64,000 nucleotides of DNA, taken from sequence record NC_047995.1. One strand, given 5' to 3'. Numbering within the stretch: the first letter of the stretch is position 1; the number at the start of each line of letters is the position of its first letter. The notes beneath the pieces are model-generated. The model had not been told where the DNA came from. It was given only the letters and a program-made list of their open reading frames with translations, and did not search any database. Positions 63,145 to 64,000 of the stretch are shown piece by piece. The position numbers were made by a program, and so were the translations under genes.

Positions 63145-63429
63145 TCAACCCTTACAGGTGTTATCGTTGAGATCAACAATGACTCGTTGAGCACCTGGTT
63201 CGTTTACGTCAGTGGTTTTGTACGTGTGCGCCATCCGAGGCTTGAACTCTAAGCAGCTCTGTCCGTATCTTCCATCTACTACACAAATGGCAGACAAGCA
63301 ACTAACATCTTCCTTGAGAATTAAATTTTCAGGAGATTGGTTAACACTCCTAACGGCAGTGATCACAAAGCCCACCACAGCGATAGCAATGACAACCACA
63401 ATGGCAATCCTAATTCGCTTGGCTTGCAT
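63145..63429 (-). CDS. membrane-anchored small protein with four Cys
   Basis: N-terminal TM; GAGGT RBS; TAATTT motif at 63470-63465. Confidence 0.7.
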   Translation of the reverse strand: MQAKRIRIAIVVVIAIAVVGFVITAVRSVNQSPENLILKEDVSCLSAICVVDGRYGQSCLEFKPRMAHTYKTTDVNEPGAQRVIVDLNDNTCKG

Positions 63430-63495
63430 TTCTGGTTCTACCTCATGGTCCTTTCATCTGACTGAAATTAGCGAACCACAAGCTATCGGAGGATT

Positions 63496-63999
63496 TTATT
63501 CCTCCAATACACCACTAATCTCCGCAAACATATTTTTGTACACTAAACTACCATCGAGCATGTCCAGCCTGGCTGCCTGTACATAGAGCTTGGGTGTCGT
63601 GCGCATGTTAGCCCACGTCTTCTCGTTCGGGTCAAGGCCGCCCAACATCGGGACGATGACCATGCTAAGGTTGTGGTTAGCACGAACGAAACCAATGTCC
63701 ATGTGTTTCCTGTTTATGGTTCTGATTAGCTTGTTGATTGCGTCCAAACCAACTGGCTTATTGAATTCCGTATCATTGACAGTGTTGACCAGACTAACGA
63801 GAACTCCCTTATCTAAACCGGAGATCTCAAACAGATCCGACTTGAGATCAGCCTGAGTTGTTGCCGAGAAGTACGACACGTCATGGCCAAGATCTTTCAA
63901 GCAGGAGCCGAGAGCGCGTGCCGACTCGATGTGCGCTATGTTGTCATCACGAATAATGTACATAGGTGCATCGGGCTGGTACGTGCGTTTCGTTACCAT
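63496..63999 (-). CDS. hypothetical protein, possibly truncated by the window end
   Basis: ORF reaches the last bases of the window. Confidence 0.65.
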   Translation of the reverse strand: MVTKRTYQPDAPMYIIRDDNIAHIESARALGSCLKDLGHDVSYFSATTQADLKSDLFEISGLDKGVLVSLVNTVNDTEFNKPVGLDAINKLIRTINRKHMDIGFVRANHNLSMVIVPMLGGLDPNEKTWANMRTTPKLYVQAARLDMLDGSLVYKNMFAEISGVLEE

Positions 64000-64000
64000 G

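Noticed and set aside
63436-63444. Met-Arg-stop mini-ORF after AAAGGA on the minus strand
   Set aside because: Most simply the GAGGT Shine-Dalgarno region of the 63429 gene; no support for a regulatory role

Overview
A 64 kb piece of a large lytic dsDNA tailed phage, most likely a jumbo myovirus (about 50% GC, densely coding; no rRNA, tRNA, CRISPR array or integrase seen). The repertoire recalls Erwinia Y3 / Dickeya JA-type jumbo phages, but that is from memory and unverified. The + strand (1-43113) carries a DnaB-like helicase, intein-containing large terminase, probable portal, 5'-3' exonuclease and macrodomain protein. It also carries nucleotide-metabolism genes (dCMP deaminase, ThyA, MazG-like, HD hydrolase), a Dam-like methylase and many small hypothetical genes. 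The - strand (43170-64000) carries a holin/spanin-like cassette, a long paralogous array of virion (fibre-like) genes and membrane proteins. Main discovery candidate: a split DNA carboxymethylation/hypermodification system. One half is an operon of CmoA-like carboxy-SAM synthase, DUF1611 P-loop protein, asparagine-synthetase-like PP-loop ATPase and a Rossmann-like protein (12575-15890). The other half is a ParB-linked C5-cytosine methyltransferase whose motif X Asn is replaced by Arg and whose catalytic Cys is interrupted by an intein (29103-31232). Both operons are preceded by the same TAATTT motif. Also notable: an uncalled 54-aa gene ending in the exact enterobacterial NrdA redox tail (DGCESGACKI), a frameshifted TOPRIM gene, a possible Acb2-like sponge fusion and two candidate promoter motifs. 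All family calls come from motif recognition by eye; no searches were run.
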